A DNA stretch of 64,000 nucleotides from Marsupella aquatica (GCA_973895155.1 OZ316892.1:12402238-12466237); one strand, 5' to 3'. Shown: positions 12,481-24,700, counted from the stretch's first letter. The notes: a model not told the origin generated them from the sequence alone. Numbers and translations: made by a program.

Positions 12481-13598
12481 ACAATGGCAATGGTGGTGGA
12501 AACTGAAGTCCTGTCGCTAGGCACCACTTTTGGCAAATGATGAGGTACTTTGTGAAGGGAGTTAGTGTCCACGGTCTTTCCATTCAACAGCATAGTCAGG
12601 AAAGATGGGGCAGCATGACCAGGATCAAGTGTAGCTCTAGTCACACAATCTGCAGCAATACTGTCATCTCCACCATTGGAAATTGGTACTGGGATAGCCA
12701 AACCAATGGAAATATGTAATGGAGAAGAAGAAGGTCCAGTATGTACATGAGATTGGACCTCCAAAACTGGTGTCACAGGGGCTGATGAAGAATGCAGTGA
12801 GCCCTCTAGCGCTTTGATGACAGCTCTAGCATCCAGTTGTAAATCATGGCAACTGAAAAGTGGAGTTGTAAGAATCCTTTGTGCCATACCGGAGGTGAAA
12901 TGCTCAAGCAGCTCAGGAGAAACAACTCCCTGTGAAATGTCAACAGCACCTAGTGGTGGAATGGATGTAGCTGCAGCTCCCTCCCCCCTCGCCAACAAGG
13001 TGCGCTCTTCAGCAAGTGTGAATGGCTGAAAAGATTGGGGCATGACAGCCCGAGCTCCCCTGGCTCTAGTCATAGGATCGGCAACAAGACCATTAGCCTA
13101 TACAATGCGGCGTGTGGGAGCAATGCGGGAGGCTGCACTAGCCTGCTGGTAAGCAAAATAGGAAGGGCAGAATGAATCTAAAAATTTTGCTGTAAGGCCA
13201 GGCTGTGTAGGAGATGACAGCACACACTCACCCATATGAGCATCAAATGGCAAGCCATAGAAAGAGCGGGGTAGAGATGCTGAACTGTCAATGGTGTCTG
13301 GGCCCGGGATGGGTTGCACGTGACCAGCCGGTTGAGAAGGACCAGCAGAGGCACGTGACTTGCCTTTGATGTTGGCAAGTTGGGCACGTAGGGACTCAAC
13401 CTCATGAGTCAGAGACTGAAGTTGAGTTGCCTGTGCATTGTGAGCCTCCTTCTGAGCTGGTTGCTTCTGTTGCTGCTTGGGCAATTTGTTGGCACTGGGT
13501 GCTTTGCCACTGGAAGGAGGAGCAACTGATGCAGTAGGAGCCCTCCTAACTGGTGGGGGAGTGGAAACAGGAGCAGGATGAGTGGCCTGTTGTCGTAG

Positions 13599-14872
13599 CT
13601 ACTTCCTCTCTAGGAATTTGGCAAAACAAACTGCCTCCAAGTGGCCCACTTTCCCGCAAAAATCACAAGACAAGTCCTCAGCAACAATATCACATTCATT
13701 AGCCTTGTGATTGGGGTTACCACAGTAGTTGCAAGATGGCAGCATGAAAGCAGCATGGGCTGGCTTGGTCTTGGAACCATACTGTGGCACACGGGAAGGG
13801 GTGGCCAGTGTAGGGGCAGCAGCCTGGTACCTGGATCGCGGTGGACGCACAATACTGGCCTCATAATGTGCATGGGCCAACTCAAGTTTCTCAGCAGTGT
13901 CATAGACATTGAGCAGGGTGTAGCTGTCTCCAAACTTTGAGAATACTTGATGCAACACTTGCGAATGGAGAGCTGGTGTGCCCTCCAATGCGCGAAGATA
14001 GCAATGAGCAGCTTCCAGGTCAGTGATGCTCTGGGTGTCCTCCTTCAGCTTGAGAAGCCGGCAATACATCATCTTCAAGGTTTCATGCGCTGCCTCACAA
14101 AGGTGGCCAACTGCATGATTTTGTCAGCACTCTTGATTGGGAATTCCAATTGAAAAACCTGCAAAAACTCAGCCACTGGATCAGCAAAGGCAGGAGAATC
14201 AATGGTGGGAGAAATGCCTGATGTAGCCTGTGCCAAGACAATGGGAGTAACTAGCGTAGTGGTAGGAACTGGAGTAGGAGGGGAAGTGGCAGGAGCAGCA
14301 GCATGGGCTGCAATGGCATTCTGTAAGGCCAATTGTGAGGCTGCCGCAATTGCACTGGCATAGGTAGGGTTAGGCAACTGTGTGATAGCAAGCAGCCGTT
14401 GAGAATGCTCCTCATACACATCCAAAGCCTCATGGTGCACAAACCTCGCTAGCTGCTTAAATGCAAAAGCATTTATGAAATTGCTGCCATACTTCAACTC
14501 CAATTCGTATACGACAGTGTAGAAAGTGGATTTGAACTCACGCAAAGAAACAGTGTCTGGTTGCTCGCTGAAGCGCTCAATGCGGCCAGATGAGTGGCTG
14601 ACATCCATGCTGTATGTCGATGAAGCTGGAACAATCACTGATGCAGAAGGAGTAAAGGGCAGAGAAGCGATAGCAGGCTTCGGGGTAGTGGTAAAGCGAC
14701 CGCCAAATGTAGCAGAAGGATTGCGTGGTGTGGGTGTTGCTGCTGTCTGTTGGCGTCGTCGAAATTGCCGAGACTCCAAAGAAATTGGCACCAACGGTCG
14801 TGGATCACTCCGTAAGTGGTACCTGGGTGTCGGTGGTGATGTATTGCTACCTCCTGGCTCGTCTGCTGACAT
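13599..14872 (-). CDS. Gag-like region with two CCHC zinc knuckles (frameshifted)
   Basis: CNYCGNPNHKANEC and CDFCGKVGHLEAVC match CX2CX4HX4C. Confidence 0.85.
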
Positions 14873-16237
14873 ATTGTGTTGCAATACCCGATATACTGAA
14901 AACATGCAAAATGTGTAAACACAAGGAAAAACCGTCACCGTCGAAAAACCATCGGGGAAAAAGGACCCTTAAAACCTCAAATTTAGCCCCCTTCACGTTT
15001 GCCTATGTATATGCCAAATTGACTGTCCGGTGTGTATACACCGGGCCGTATGCAGATGACCTGACGTCGGCGATAGCAAAGGAATATGAGGAAAATGGGC
15101 CCCCTGAAGTGTATACCTCGGGCCCCTATGTGGACCCAAAAACCGAAGGACTGGCCGGCCCCAATGCCCTATGCTGTCATCCCGCGCGCGGTGAATGAGC
15201 GAGAACGACCGAAAATAAAAAGAAAAGGGCCTGAATTAAGTGTATACACTTCGGACAGTCGGCGAAGGGAAAGAAATGGCGGATGTAGGGGGCCCCTCTT
15301 AATGGCACGAGCCCTGCATAGGGCTTCGTGCCCCCTCCTTATGAGCTCCCGAAAAGGGGTTATGAGCTTCCCCCTCCTCTCCTTCAATGTAATGTGGGCC
15401 TCGTGCCCTGGCAAAAGACTCCCGTGTGAGTTGGAATTTAACTCCCCTCCCCTCCTTTAATGCTGCCTCGCTTCCCCCTGGCTTGACAACTTGTGCTCAA
15501 CTTCCCCTCCCCCCTACTTTTAATGCTTCATAGGGCCTCGTGCCCTCTCCCTCCTTGTGCGAAAATCTACTCTCAAGAGGAGGGAGTTTGTACTCCCCCC
15601 CTCTCTTAATGCTGGCAACGGAAGGTCGAGGCTAAAACGAGGCGAGGAGGAGGCTAAAGAGAAACGAGACCCCCCTATGTGAGTAAGGAGGAGCGAAGGG
15701 AGGGCGCGCGGCCCTATGCGTGGCTTTGGGGCATTGATGAGCCCCGCATGTGTATACTCAGGCTACAGGTAGGGCAATGGCAGGATTGGGAGGCAGCTCG
15801 AGATGGCAGTTGTCGAGTAAAGAAAAGGGGTCGCGGCCAGGAAACAGCTCGCAACGGGAGCCGCCTGAACAAAATGGAAAAAGGGGAGAAATTGGCCGGG
15901 AAACACCAAAAAATGGCCTCGCGTATGTCGATCAACAGCAAGTCGCCTCCACTTCATGGCAGTCGATTGGCAGTTGAAAGTAGGTCGTGCTGCGGCGCTG
16001 AAGCAGCAGTTGGCAGCGGCCGGAAACGAAAAACCCTGAAAACAAAGCGCGAAGGAAAAGAGGGACGGGGGGCCTATTTGACTTAAGTGTATATACTTAA
16101 GTGTATACACACAAGCCATAACTTCCACCCCATCGCTCAACGTTTTTCCATAGAAATTGCACCGGCATCAACGGAAAAATGTCAATTGTCTCGAGCAATT
16201 GAGAAGCACAGCGTCTCCGATCTTCTTCCCCTCATCA

Positions 16238-16252
16238 CAGTTCTTCTTGAAT
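16238..16252 (-). promoter_or_regulatory. Putative self-priming primer-binding site
   Basis: Sense ATTCAAGAAGAACTG lies at and just after the end of B. It is the exact reverse complement of sense CAGTTCTTCTTGAAT inside B (7067-7081; one mismatch in the 16394-16408 copy). No TGG-initiated tRNA PBS is present. Confidence 0.7.
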
Positions 16253-16609
16253 AAAAGGCGTAAGAGAAACAATTGTACTGAAATCGAATCAAAAACCGGC
16301 AGGATGCCAAGATCGGTTGGGAGCATCTAACGAATCACTGTGTGAATCCCGTGTACGGAACCGACGAGCACTGTCTGAGCTCTGTCAACAACAATTCAAG
16401 AAAAACTGAAAAACCCACAAACAAAGACATGCCCTAAGTAAACAAAGTCCTAGTGTCACACTAACAAGCGCGTTTTCTTCAAGAACGCCTGGCATTTGCT
16501 ATAAGACCATGTCGCTAACTCAAGTAGTACACTAGCCCTAACTACATACCTAGCGGATATGCGAGGGACATGCCGATGTGCATAAGAGGCACTGTCCCTC
16601 GGCATGACA
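16251..16609. repeat. Split repeat B, terminal copy at the element's 5' end (359 bp)
   Basis: Direct repeat of 6924-7282. Confidence 0.95.
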
Positions 16610-16613
16610 GGGC

Positions 16614-16952
16614 GTGGGTTCTGGTTCAGGCTTATGGCATCAGGAGGATCTATCGCTGACCTACTTACCAATGTCTATTGAGCTTAAGTTAGGATGATAG
16701 ACTTGGGGAGTTCTAGATCCTGAAGGGTTACTTACCGAGACGCTTGGTTGCTTGTGCAGATAGAGAGGACCATTGAGTAGCGGTCGTATTAGAGAGAGCA
16801 AGTGTGGCTTCGTATGGGAGTGGCCGCTGGCGGTGCAAGGGGCACTAGCTAGGTTGCTTGCTCAAGGTATTCCGTGGAGGTGTTTGGGCACCAAGGGCAC
16901 TTAGGCGTGGGTGTTGGGATCGGTGAGGGTGCGGGTGGCAAGGTCCACCACT
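16614..16952. repeat. GC-rich degenerate repeat, copy 2, right part
   Basis: Aligns to ~3458-3812; resumes exactly after the TSD. Confidence 0.85.
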
Positions 16953-17410
16953 CAATCAGACAATATATGTGCTCCAGATATCCTAATTATGAAATGCTAT
17001 ATTGAGCTCCTTTAGATCTAAGCTGCACATTCCTTAAGAGCGACAACGACATGACTTCTCCATTTTCAGTAATTCTACAAATTAAAATGCATTGATTGCT
17101 TGTCGCTTTCACATCAAAAGAAGGATTCTAAAACTACCTGAAATCTGACATTAGAGTTGTGTACATTCTATCAAGAGGATATAAAGACAACAGTCAAGTG
17201 GACTGGCCTCTAGCAAGTTGTCTCTAGTATAAAAGCAAAGGTTTAGCTTGTGAATTGAGATAGGGTTGATCCTCTGATAATCGATGGTTGAACCCACTTT
17301 GGCTTATTTCCACTCGAAACAAGCTTCATCCCTTCACAAATATTTTCCATTCCCTCAGAATTGATGACTAGTTTGTGAACTGCATTTTGTAGCTTCCTCT
17401 GTTGTTCCCC

Positions 17411-17696
17411 TCGGGGGGGTTGACTATCAAAAATCTTAGGAACCACGTGTGATCCAAAATAGGTATTTTTCATAGAAATTAGCTAAATTTTTAAAAAGCG
17501 TAGGAAGCAAAAGAAGGTATTATAGACCAATATTTATAGAATATCCTCTAATATATACCTTTTATAAAGTAAAATAGGTCATTAATATTGAAAATAGAGA
17601 ATGTTTTTGGAATATTCCCATTATAAAATAGGTGTGTTTATATTAGGCTAGGATCGCACGTGGTACCCCAAAATATACACTAAGTTAACCCCCCAA
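17411..17696. mobile_element. MITE (~285 bp), copy 1
   Basis: TIRs TCGGGGGGGTTGACT / AGTTAACCCCCCAA; subterminal inverted CCACGTGTGATCC / GGATCGCACGTGG; flanking direct repeat GTTGTTCCCC (17401-17410, 17697-17706). Confidence 0.85.
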
Positions 17697-19589
17697 GTTG
17701 TTCCCCCATCAAATCAATTTGCCTCACCAGCCATGTAAACTCAATTGATTGTCACAACCATGGTGGAACTATTCAACACAAGTAACAAGTCATTCAAGAC
17801 CCTTGTTGAAAGTCATAAACTAAGACTTTTGCTGTTTTTGCTACCCCTGCCATTATTGTGCCCAATGGAACATTCATTGCTGCCAATTTCTCCCTTTCCT
17901 TTGCTCGGCAAAGGCTCGGGCAAAGACTCTCACTGCACAAGCATTCAAAGACATTCCTCAAACATTGGTGAATGGGAGTGGAAAGGATGTAAAACTAGGA
18001 ACTTGGAGTCCATGGTAATCTTCTTTCCAAATTGGGGGGAGGGTGAGATAGGGATCTCAGATCCGCTTCAAGCATCTTGTCCCCGAACAAAAGGCTGATG
18101 TTATTTGGGAAGGCTCTTCCTTTTTCCTCCCTGAATCTCCATTTAGGGCTCTAATGCCAGGTATGTGAATGTGCAGATCTTGGTTTGCAATAGGATCCTT
18201 GCCAGGTTGCCCCTTTGCCTACTTTGCTTCCATTGGCAAATGTTGGGGAGGCCTTGGCACCTGTGAAGTCTACTTGAGACCAGGCCACTCCTCATTTGGG
18301 AGTTGAATAGATACAGTTTTTATACAGAAGATAAACTTCAAATGTGGAGATATGGGCAATTATGCCATACATGAGCTGTTTAGTATCCAATAGTACCACA
18401 GATTTCATTGAATGGTTCTTATCATCACTAAAGAGGGCATTGATGGACATTTAGTCAACCTTCCTAAGTTTGATTCTTTGCTCAAGTTAAGTGCCCAAAT
18501 TCAAATAGCAAATGGTTATTTCAAGCAAAACTACACTCAAAAATACTTCCAGGTATATACCTGATTGACTGCCCTACCTAGCTCTACTTACCATGTCGGA
18601 ATCCTACAAGGAAAAAAGGTATTTGCAGAGCTGTTAAGGAAGAGTTGCAAGGACAATGGGCCCCACTAAGAGTATTCAAAAAAGTCTAGGACACGTTAGG
18701 GATATCTTTACCGAGAGTGGGCCCATCAAGTCTTTCATTGAAAAAAATCCATGGATTAGTACAAACTATATATATACACACATGAAACACAAGGAAAACA
18801 CTCACAAATGGAAGTAATGGAATAAGCCAAATGTTAACTTCATTATGAATGGGATGAAATGTTTGCTTAAGGGTATTGTGACATATAGTGAACCCAAAAC
18901 AAGGCAATACACCAAATATTGTGTGCTTCTAAAATAACGCTTGTCTCCAATTAGCAATAATAGGTACAAATGGAAGCAAGTTTGTCTAAAGTTTCTTACA
19001 TCAATTCAAATGTTGATATGAAATGATGAATAGTTAAATAGATCAGAATTTCAGCAAAATGTATCAAACAGTTTTTTTGTAAATAATGAATAAATTCTTC
19101 CCTCATAGATATATTTATGCCAAAACCAAATTGTTTGCTCCAGAAAAACCAATTTCAGGTCATGAAATCGGTTTTTCCTTGGATTCATTCATTAATCTAC
19201 AAACTCCAACTAAGCTCATGAATTAAAACACCTACTTATGCAAAGAAACAAGGGGGCCCGCGGATTAATTCCCCCAAAAGTGTCAATCTAGAAAATCACA
19301 GAACAAAAACAATTGAGGGTAGTTGGAAGTACTGGTTTGGGGACATGAGTGGCAATGTTGTACTATGCCCAAAAATAATGTCTATCTAGCTATTCACCAA
19401 AAAGATAGAAATCTCAGGGTAGCTTGAAGTTATCTTTTAGGGACGTGGAAAATTTGGTGGCAAGGTTGTACTGTGCCCAAAAAGAATGTCAATCTAGAAA
19501 TCACAGAAAAAAAACAAACATGAGGGTAGCTCGAAGGTATACTTTTGGGATGTGAAAAAATTGGTGGCAAGGTTGTAGAGTGCTGGTCA

Positions 19590-20780
19590 TAGGGTTACAC
19601 AGGCTACTAATCTCATACCAGACCGTAGTAACCCGGACCAAGACTCTAGTAACCCAAACCAGACCCCATTATCCGAAATACCAGTGCCCAGGCACAAAAA
19701 GAAAGTGATGGGGCATGGGGAAATAGCTAACTAAGTATGCAGGGGGGGAAATCGCTATACAGGGTTACACAAGGCTGCTAATCTCATACCAGACCCTAGT
19801 AACCCAAAACAGAGCCCCATTATCAGAAATACTAGTGCCCAGGCACTAAGGGAAAGTGATGGGGCATGGCGACAATACGATACAGGGTTAGTTACACAGG
19901 CTACTAATCTCATACCAAACCCTAGTAACCCAAGCCAGACCCCCATTATAATATCAGTGCTCAGACACGAAGGGAAAGTGATGGAGCAATGCGGCAAATA
20001 GCCATACAGGGTTACACAGGCTACTAATCTCATACCAGACTATAGTAACCCAAACCAGACCCCATTATCCAAAATACCAGTGCCCAGGCACGAAGGGAAA
20101 GTGATGGGGCATGGGAAAAATAACGATACAGGGTTACACAGGCTACTAATCTCATAGCAGACCCTAGTAACCCAAGCCAGACCCCCAAAATACCAGTGCC
20201 CAGGCACAAGTGATGGGGCGATGGGGCAAGTAGCGATACAGGGTTACACAGACTCTAATCTCATACCAGACCCTACTGTAGTAACCCGAGCCAGACCCCC
20301 ATAATCCAAATACCCGTGCCCAGGCACAAAGGGAAAGTGATGGGGCATGGGGCAAATAGCGATACAAGGTTCAAGAGGCTAGTAACCTCATACCAGACCC
20401 TAGTAACCCGGACCAGACTCTACTGTAGTAACCCAAACCAGACCCCCATTATCTGAAATACCAGGCAAATAGCGATAAAGGACTACTAATCTCATACCAG
20501 ACCCGAGTAACCACCAGACTCTACTGTAGTAACCCAAACCAGACCCCCATTATCCGAAATACCAAGCAAATAGCGATACAGGGTTACACTCACTACTAAT
20601 CTCACACCAGACCCGAGTAACCACCAGACTTTCCACCAGACTTTACTGAAGCAACCCAAACTAGACCCCCATTATCACCAGACTCTACTGTACCAACCCA
20701 AACTAGACCCCATTATCCGAAATACCAGTGCCCAGACACGAAGGGAAAGTGATGTGGCAAGGGCAAATAGCGATACCGGA
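19590..20780. repeat. Tandem array, ~125-bp unit, ~9 partly truncated copies, upstream of UBP1
   Basis: Recurrent AGGGTTACACAGGCTACTAATCTCATACCAGACCCTAGTAACCC...CCAGTGCCCAGGCAC...GAAAGTGATGGGGCATGG. Confidence 0.9.
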
Positions 20781-21771
20781 CGGCAGGGAAGAAGGGAGTG
20801 AAGAGCAACAGCAATTCCCTCCCAAGCTCCACCCAAGCTCCACCCAAGCTCCACCGAAGCTCCACACTAGCTCTAGCTCCGTTCTTGATGCGCGCCAAAT
20901 CCCTGGACTGCCACCACGTCCCGTCCGCCCCTGTTCGTTTTACTCCTGTCTCCCTCTCTCATCGTCGCTCTGGAGCTCGTCTCGTCTTCGCCTCGTCCTC
21001 TCCTCGTCTCTCCTTGCAGCTCGACTCCTGAGCTTCGCGCGCTGCTTGTCATGAGCCCCTGTCGGTGCTCTCCGACGTTCCCCGTGATTTCGATGAGCGG
21101 CCGGTTAATGCAACCGCAGTCGTAGAGCATTTTTTCATTTTTTTGTATCCGTCCTCGAAGTAGTGTGCGTGTGCGTGTGCTGTGCGTGTGCTGTGCGTTC
21201 CCTCGTTTATTCGCCGATTTTTTAACGTCGACATCCAGTTCTTGGTGCTGCTGCTGCTCATCGTTCACTCCCCGCTTCTTTCTTCTTTGCGAGGGAAAGA
21301 ATTCCGCGCTGTCGGTTTGGTCTCGCGAAAGTTGAGCGCCTTAACTGTTTCCGATTGCTCGTGCGGTTTTGCATCGCTCCCATGCCTGCTACGGCGATAG
21401 CAGGCGTCGAAGTCGAAGAATCTTCGTTTTCTCCGAGGCGCCTCTGCCATTCCTTTCCGTGGGCACGAGGTGTTCCTCGCGCTGCTTTTGCTGTCCTCGT
21501 GGAGTGACTTACTTCATGTGGCCGAGACGACGTTCGCCTGGCGTACCTTTTGTGTAGTGCGAACCGAAGCAGCTGTCTCCTGGACGCTCACACGCAGACG
21601 TGGTTCGTCTTTTCATAGGTTTCGTTTCCACTCTCGCCTCCCCGGCCAGAAGAAGTCTTCTCATGTGCCGGTGCAGAGTATTTCATTTGAGGTAGCCAGT
21701 GCGTGGTGGTGGAAGGAGAATTTTTGAAAATTGCAACAGTGCGTGGAAGCCCTCGCGGCAGGCTCGACAAG

Positions 21772-24700
21772 ATGTATGCATTGGTGCCGCAACAGCAGGC
21801 ACACACGGTACAGCAGCAAGCGGTGCAGCAGCAGGCTCACACTGTCCAACAACATGAGCAGTTGCAGTATCAGCAGCGGCTGAACCAGCAAAGTCTGATG
21901 CAACAGGCGGCCATGCTCCAGCAACAGCAACCTATGTACCACCCTGGATTACTCGCGGCTATGCCACAGGTAGTTTGATAATTGATCACTTGCCTCATGT
22001 GGCGTCTGTGTATCTTGAGCTTTTCCCTCGCTTCTCGGTTCCCTTGTGACGGGTAACTTGAATGCTGGATAGGTTACTTGACTCTCGTTAACCTTCCATT
22101 TTCAGCTTTCCTTCTTCCGTTTGCCACACTGAAGTGTCCAGGTGTTGTTTAAAATGAGATAGTAGTTCCCTGTAGGAATGCATTGCTTAGATAATTTTGT
22201 GTGCAATTTCTTGGCACTTGCTAATCTTGTACTTCCGGTGCCAAATCCTTTGTTCTTTCCTCGAGTGGACTGAAAATTTCATCCAATCGTGTTCTCTGGA
22301 GTGACTTGTTAGAGCTAATTTATGACACTGAACGAAGCTGTTTAAGTCTTGGCAATTAAAGGCTCTTTCATGTCGAGAGCTCTCGCCGATCCTATCCGTC
22401 GAGTCTTAATGACTATCTATTCTATTCCGTGTGTCGTGTCTCAATGTCCCATTCAAAATATCTACAAAGTGGACCAAGAAATTGAAGGCTGATCTTGTGT
22501 GAAGTCTTTCTATCGTTTCGGGTTATCGACTTCTCGTATGCGTTTCGGTTGCATTGTCACAATAATAAGGAGTTGAGAGCACCGATCAGTCACACGGGTA
22601 TAATCGCAAGTTTTAGTCGTTTATTTTTTCCATCGCCCTGCTTTACATTTCATTGCAGATTGAGCCAATTCCAAGTGGAAATCTGCCACCAGGGTTTGAT
22701 GCAACTTCATGCCGCAGTGTGTGAGTGCGCTGCTGCTTTTGTCTTCCTTTGCAGCTGTTCTTTTTTTATCCTTTCATTTCCGTAGCTCTTCCCGCGAACA
22801 GGTATTCTGACTTTATCTTTTCTTGGGTACCTCATAGATCTTGTTAGGACGACAGAGGGTTTTGAGTCGTCCTTTTAACTGTCTTTTATACATACAGTAA
22901 CTTGTAATCAAGTCCCAACTCTACGTTATTTTTACTCGTACAAACATTCTGCTGTTTGTTTATGCCAATCTCGCTGCTAAGAGGGCTCTCCTTGTGCTAG
23001 GTATTTTCTTAAGTCCGTTTTGAGAGGGCGAAGAGGAGTTCAATTGCGCCCCGGGTCTGATGTTTTGAAAATTTCATACTAAAATGAGAAACCAGACTAC
23101 TAGAATTTTGTTTTGAGAACCGGGATAAATTGTGATGTGTTTTTTATGAGCTGTATCCAATAGGAGTGAATTCATAAATTTCAATTGGTATGGCTAATCC
23201 ATGTCATTGATGCAGTTATGTGGGCAACATCCACACAAAAGTGACCGAGGCTCTACTTGCGGAGGTATTTGCAAGTGTTGGTCCTTTGGAGGGCTGTAAA
23301 CTTATCCGTAAAGAGAAGGTACATGGCTCTTCTGGTGAATGTCTCACTAGGCGTTGTTATGCGCCACATTTAAGTAGTTTGGTTACTACTAAAATCAGGA
23401 TGGCTACGTTCTCGAGTGTCATTGCATGACTTCCGACGAGAGTGAACTACGCATATGTGTATCAAGTGTCATTGCATGCCTTCCGACTAGAGTGAACTAC
23501 GCATGTGAGTATCGTGCTGTACTTGTGACCCCGAAGTTAAACTCTGCAATCATGGTCTAAGTCAGTGAATTTCAGTCGATTACGATTAAGCGGCTGCTTG
23601 CAGGCTTTGAACGTTTTTATCAGCAGCTTGAAAGGTACCTCTCGTAAATGTTTTAGTCTATGTCGAAGTCGTCCATGAGTGGACCATTTACGGATGCTCA
23701 GATTTTGACTAATGCTTGCTGGTGCGCAGTCTTCCTATGGCTTTGTGGATTACTTTGACCATAGATCTGCTGCAACTGCACTCTTGTCACTCAATGGAAG
23801 ACAAATGTAAGGCTTATTTGTGGGCTTTCTTCAGTGAGCTGGCTTAAAGCGTGAGGTTCAACAGTTTGTTCCTTGACGTGTGCGATATTGTGCTAGGTTT
23901 TGATATCCCCGAAGTTTTAGTTACTCAGGCATGTTCTATTGTGATACCTTGTTCCTCGTTCTTACGAGGAAACAAACTGAGAATTGTAGATGCTAGCACT
24001 CATCTATCTGTCCACATTTTACTGTGTTCAGGTTTGGACAGGCCATCAAGGTCAACTGGGCGTATGCCAGTGGTCAGAGAGAGGACACAACAGGTTCGTC
24101 TGGTTCTAGTAGCCTACTGAAATGCTTACTTTGAACTTTTAAATTCGTGAAGACTTTTAAAAAGGTAGTACTTTATCGTTAGTTTGTTTTGTCGCGGACG
24201 TTCAGGTCCATTGAACAAATCGTATTTCAAAATAGTAGCCTAGATAGATGGTGTCATACTGGCAACGTTTGGATTTTACAGGACATTTCAATATATTTGT
24301 CGGTGATCTCAGTCCAGAGGTCACAGATGCAACTCTCTTTGCAGCCTTTTCTGTGTACCCAAGCTGCTCGTAAGTACTCTCCTGCTTGGCCCTTTGATGC
24401 ACGTTAGCATCATGGTAGAATTATCTTCTTGCTTAAAAAAATATTTAATTGCGAATGGCTGATTTTAGGCCAATTACATTTTGGCGCCCAACAGTGATGC
24501 ACGGGTCATGTGGGATCAACGATCAGGCCGTTCTAGGGGGTTCGGCTTTGTATCTTTCAGAAGTCAGCAGGTACAATCTATTAGTTTTCATGTGATATTT
24601 CTCTGCAACCAAATACACTTTTCAATACTGCACGAGCTTCATGTCGTTTCGAGTGTACTGAATATATCTGAATCACGTATTTCTGTAGACTGTACCCAGC

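Larger units (their letters stand above)
7498..14872 (-). pseudogene. Gag-Pol polyprotein (Gag, 2 zinc knuckles, PR, DNMT, RT, RNase H, integrase, PHD) broken by 3 in-frame TAG stops and 2 frameshifts
   Basis: ORFs 13599-14078, 13098-13484, 10227-13073 and 7758-10196 share one frame, separated by single TAG codons. 1-bp frameshifts at ~14085 (restoring one base gives VRQRxETLKMMY) and ~7897 (gives RGGTCQPKVRKFDVGDFV). Likely start MSADEPGG at 14872. Confidence 0.9.
6748..16609 (-). mobile_element. Ty3/Gypsy-type retroelement with DNMT3-like and PHD domains and split (permuted) terminal repeats; full length but mutationally inactivated
   Basis: Termini TGTCGTGACA (6748) and GGCATGACA (16609). 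TSD GGGC at 6744-6747 and 16610-16613. The paralogous empty site at ~3451-3468 has one GGGC. Domain order PR-RT-RH-INT is Gypsy-type. Confidence 0.95.

Noticed and set aside
10227-14090. Programmed readthrough or frameshift between Gag and Pol
   Set aside because: One stop lies inside the conserved RT N-terminus and the shifts fall within domains; mutational decay is simpler.
7500-14872. DIRS/Ngaro classification because of split repeats and a methyltransferase
   Set aside because: No tyrosine recombinase seen; protease, DDE integrase and TSD are present, and the MTase is C5/DNMT3-like rather than the adenine-type domain of DIRS.
14900-16250. Several short ORFs on both strands in the element leader
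   Set aside because: No domains or consistent coding signal; treated as non-coding leader.
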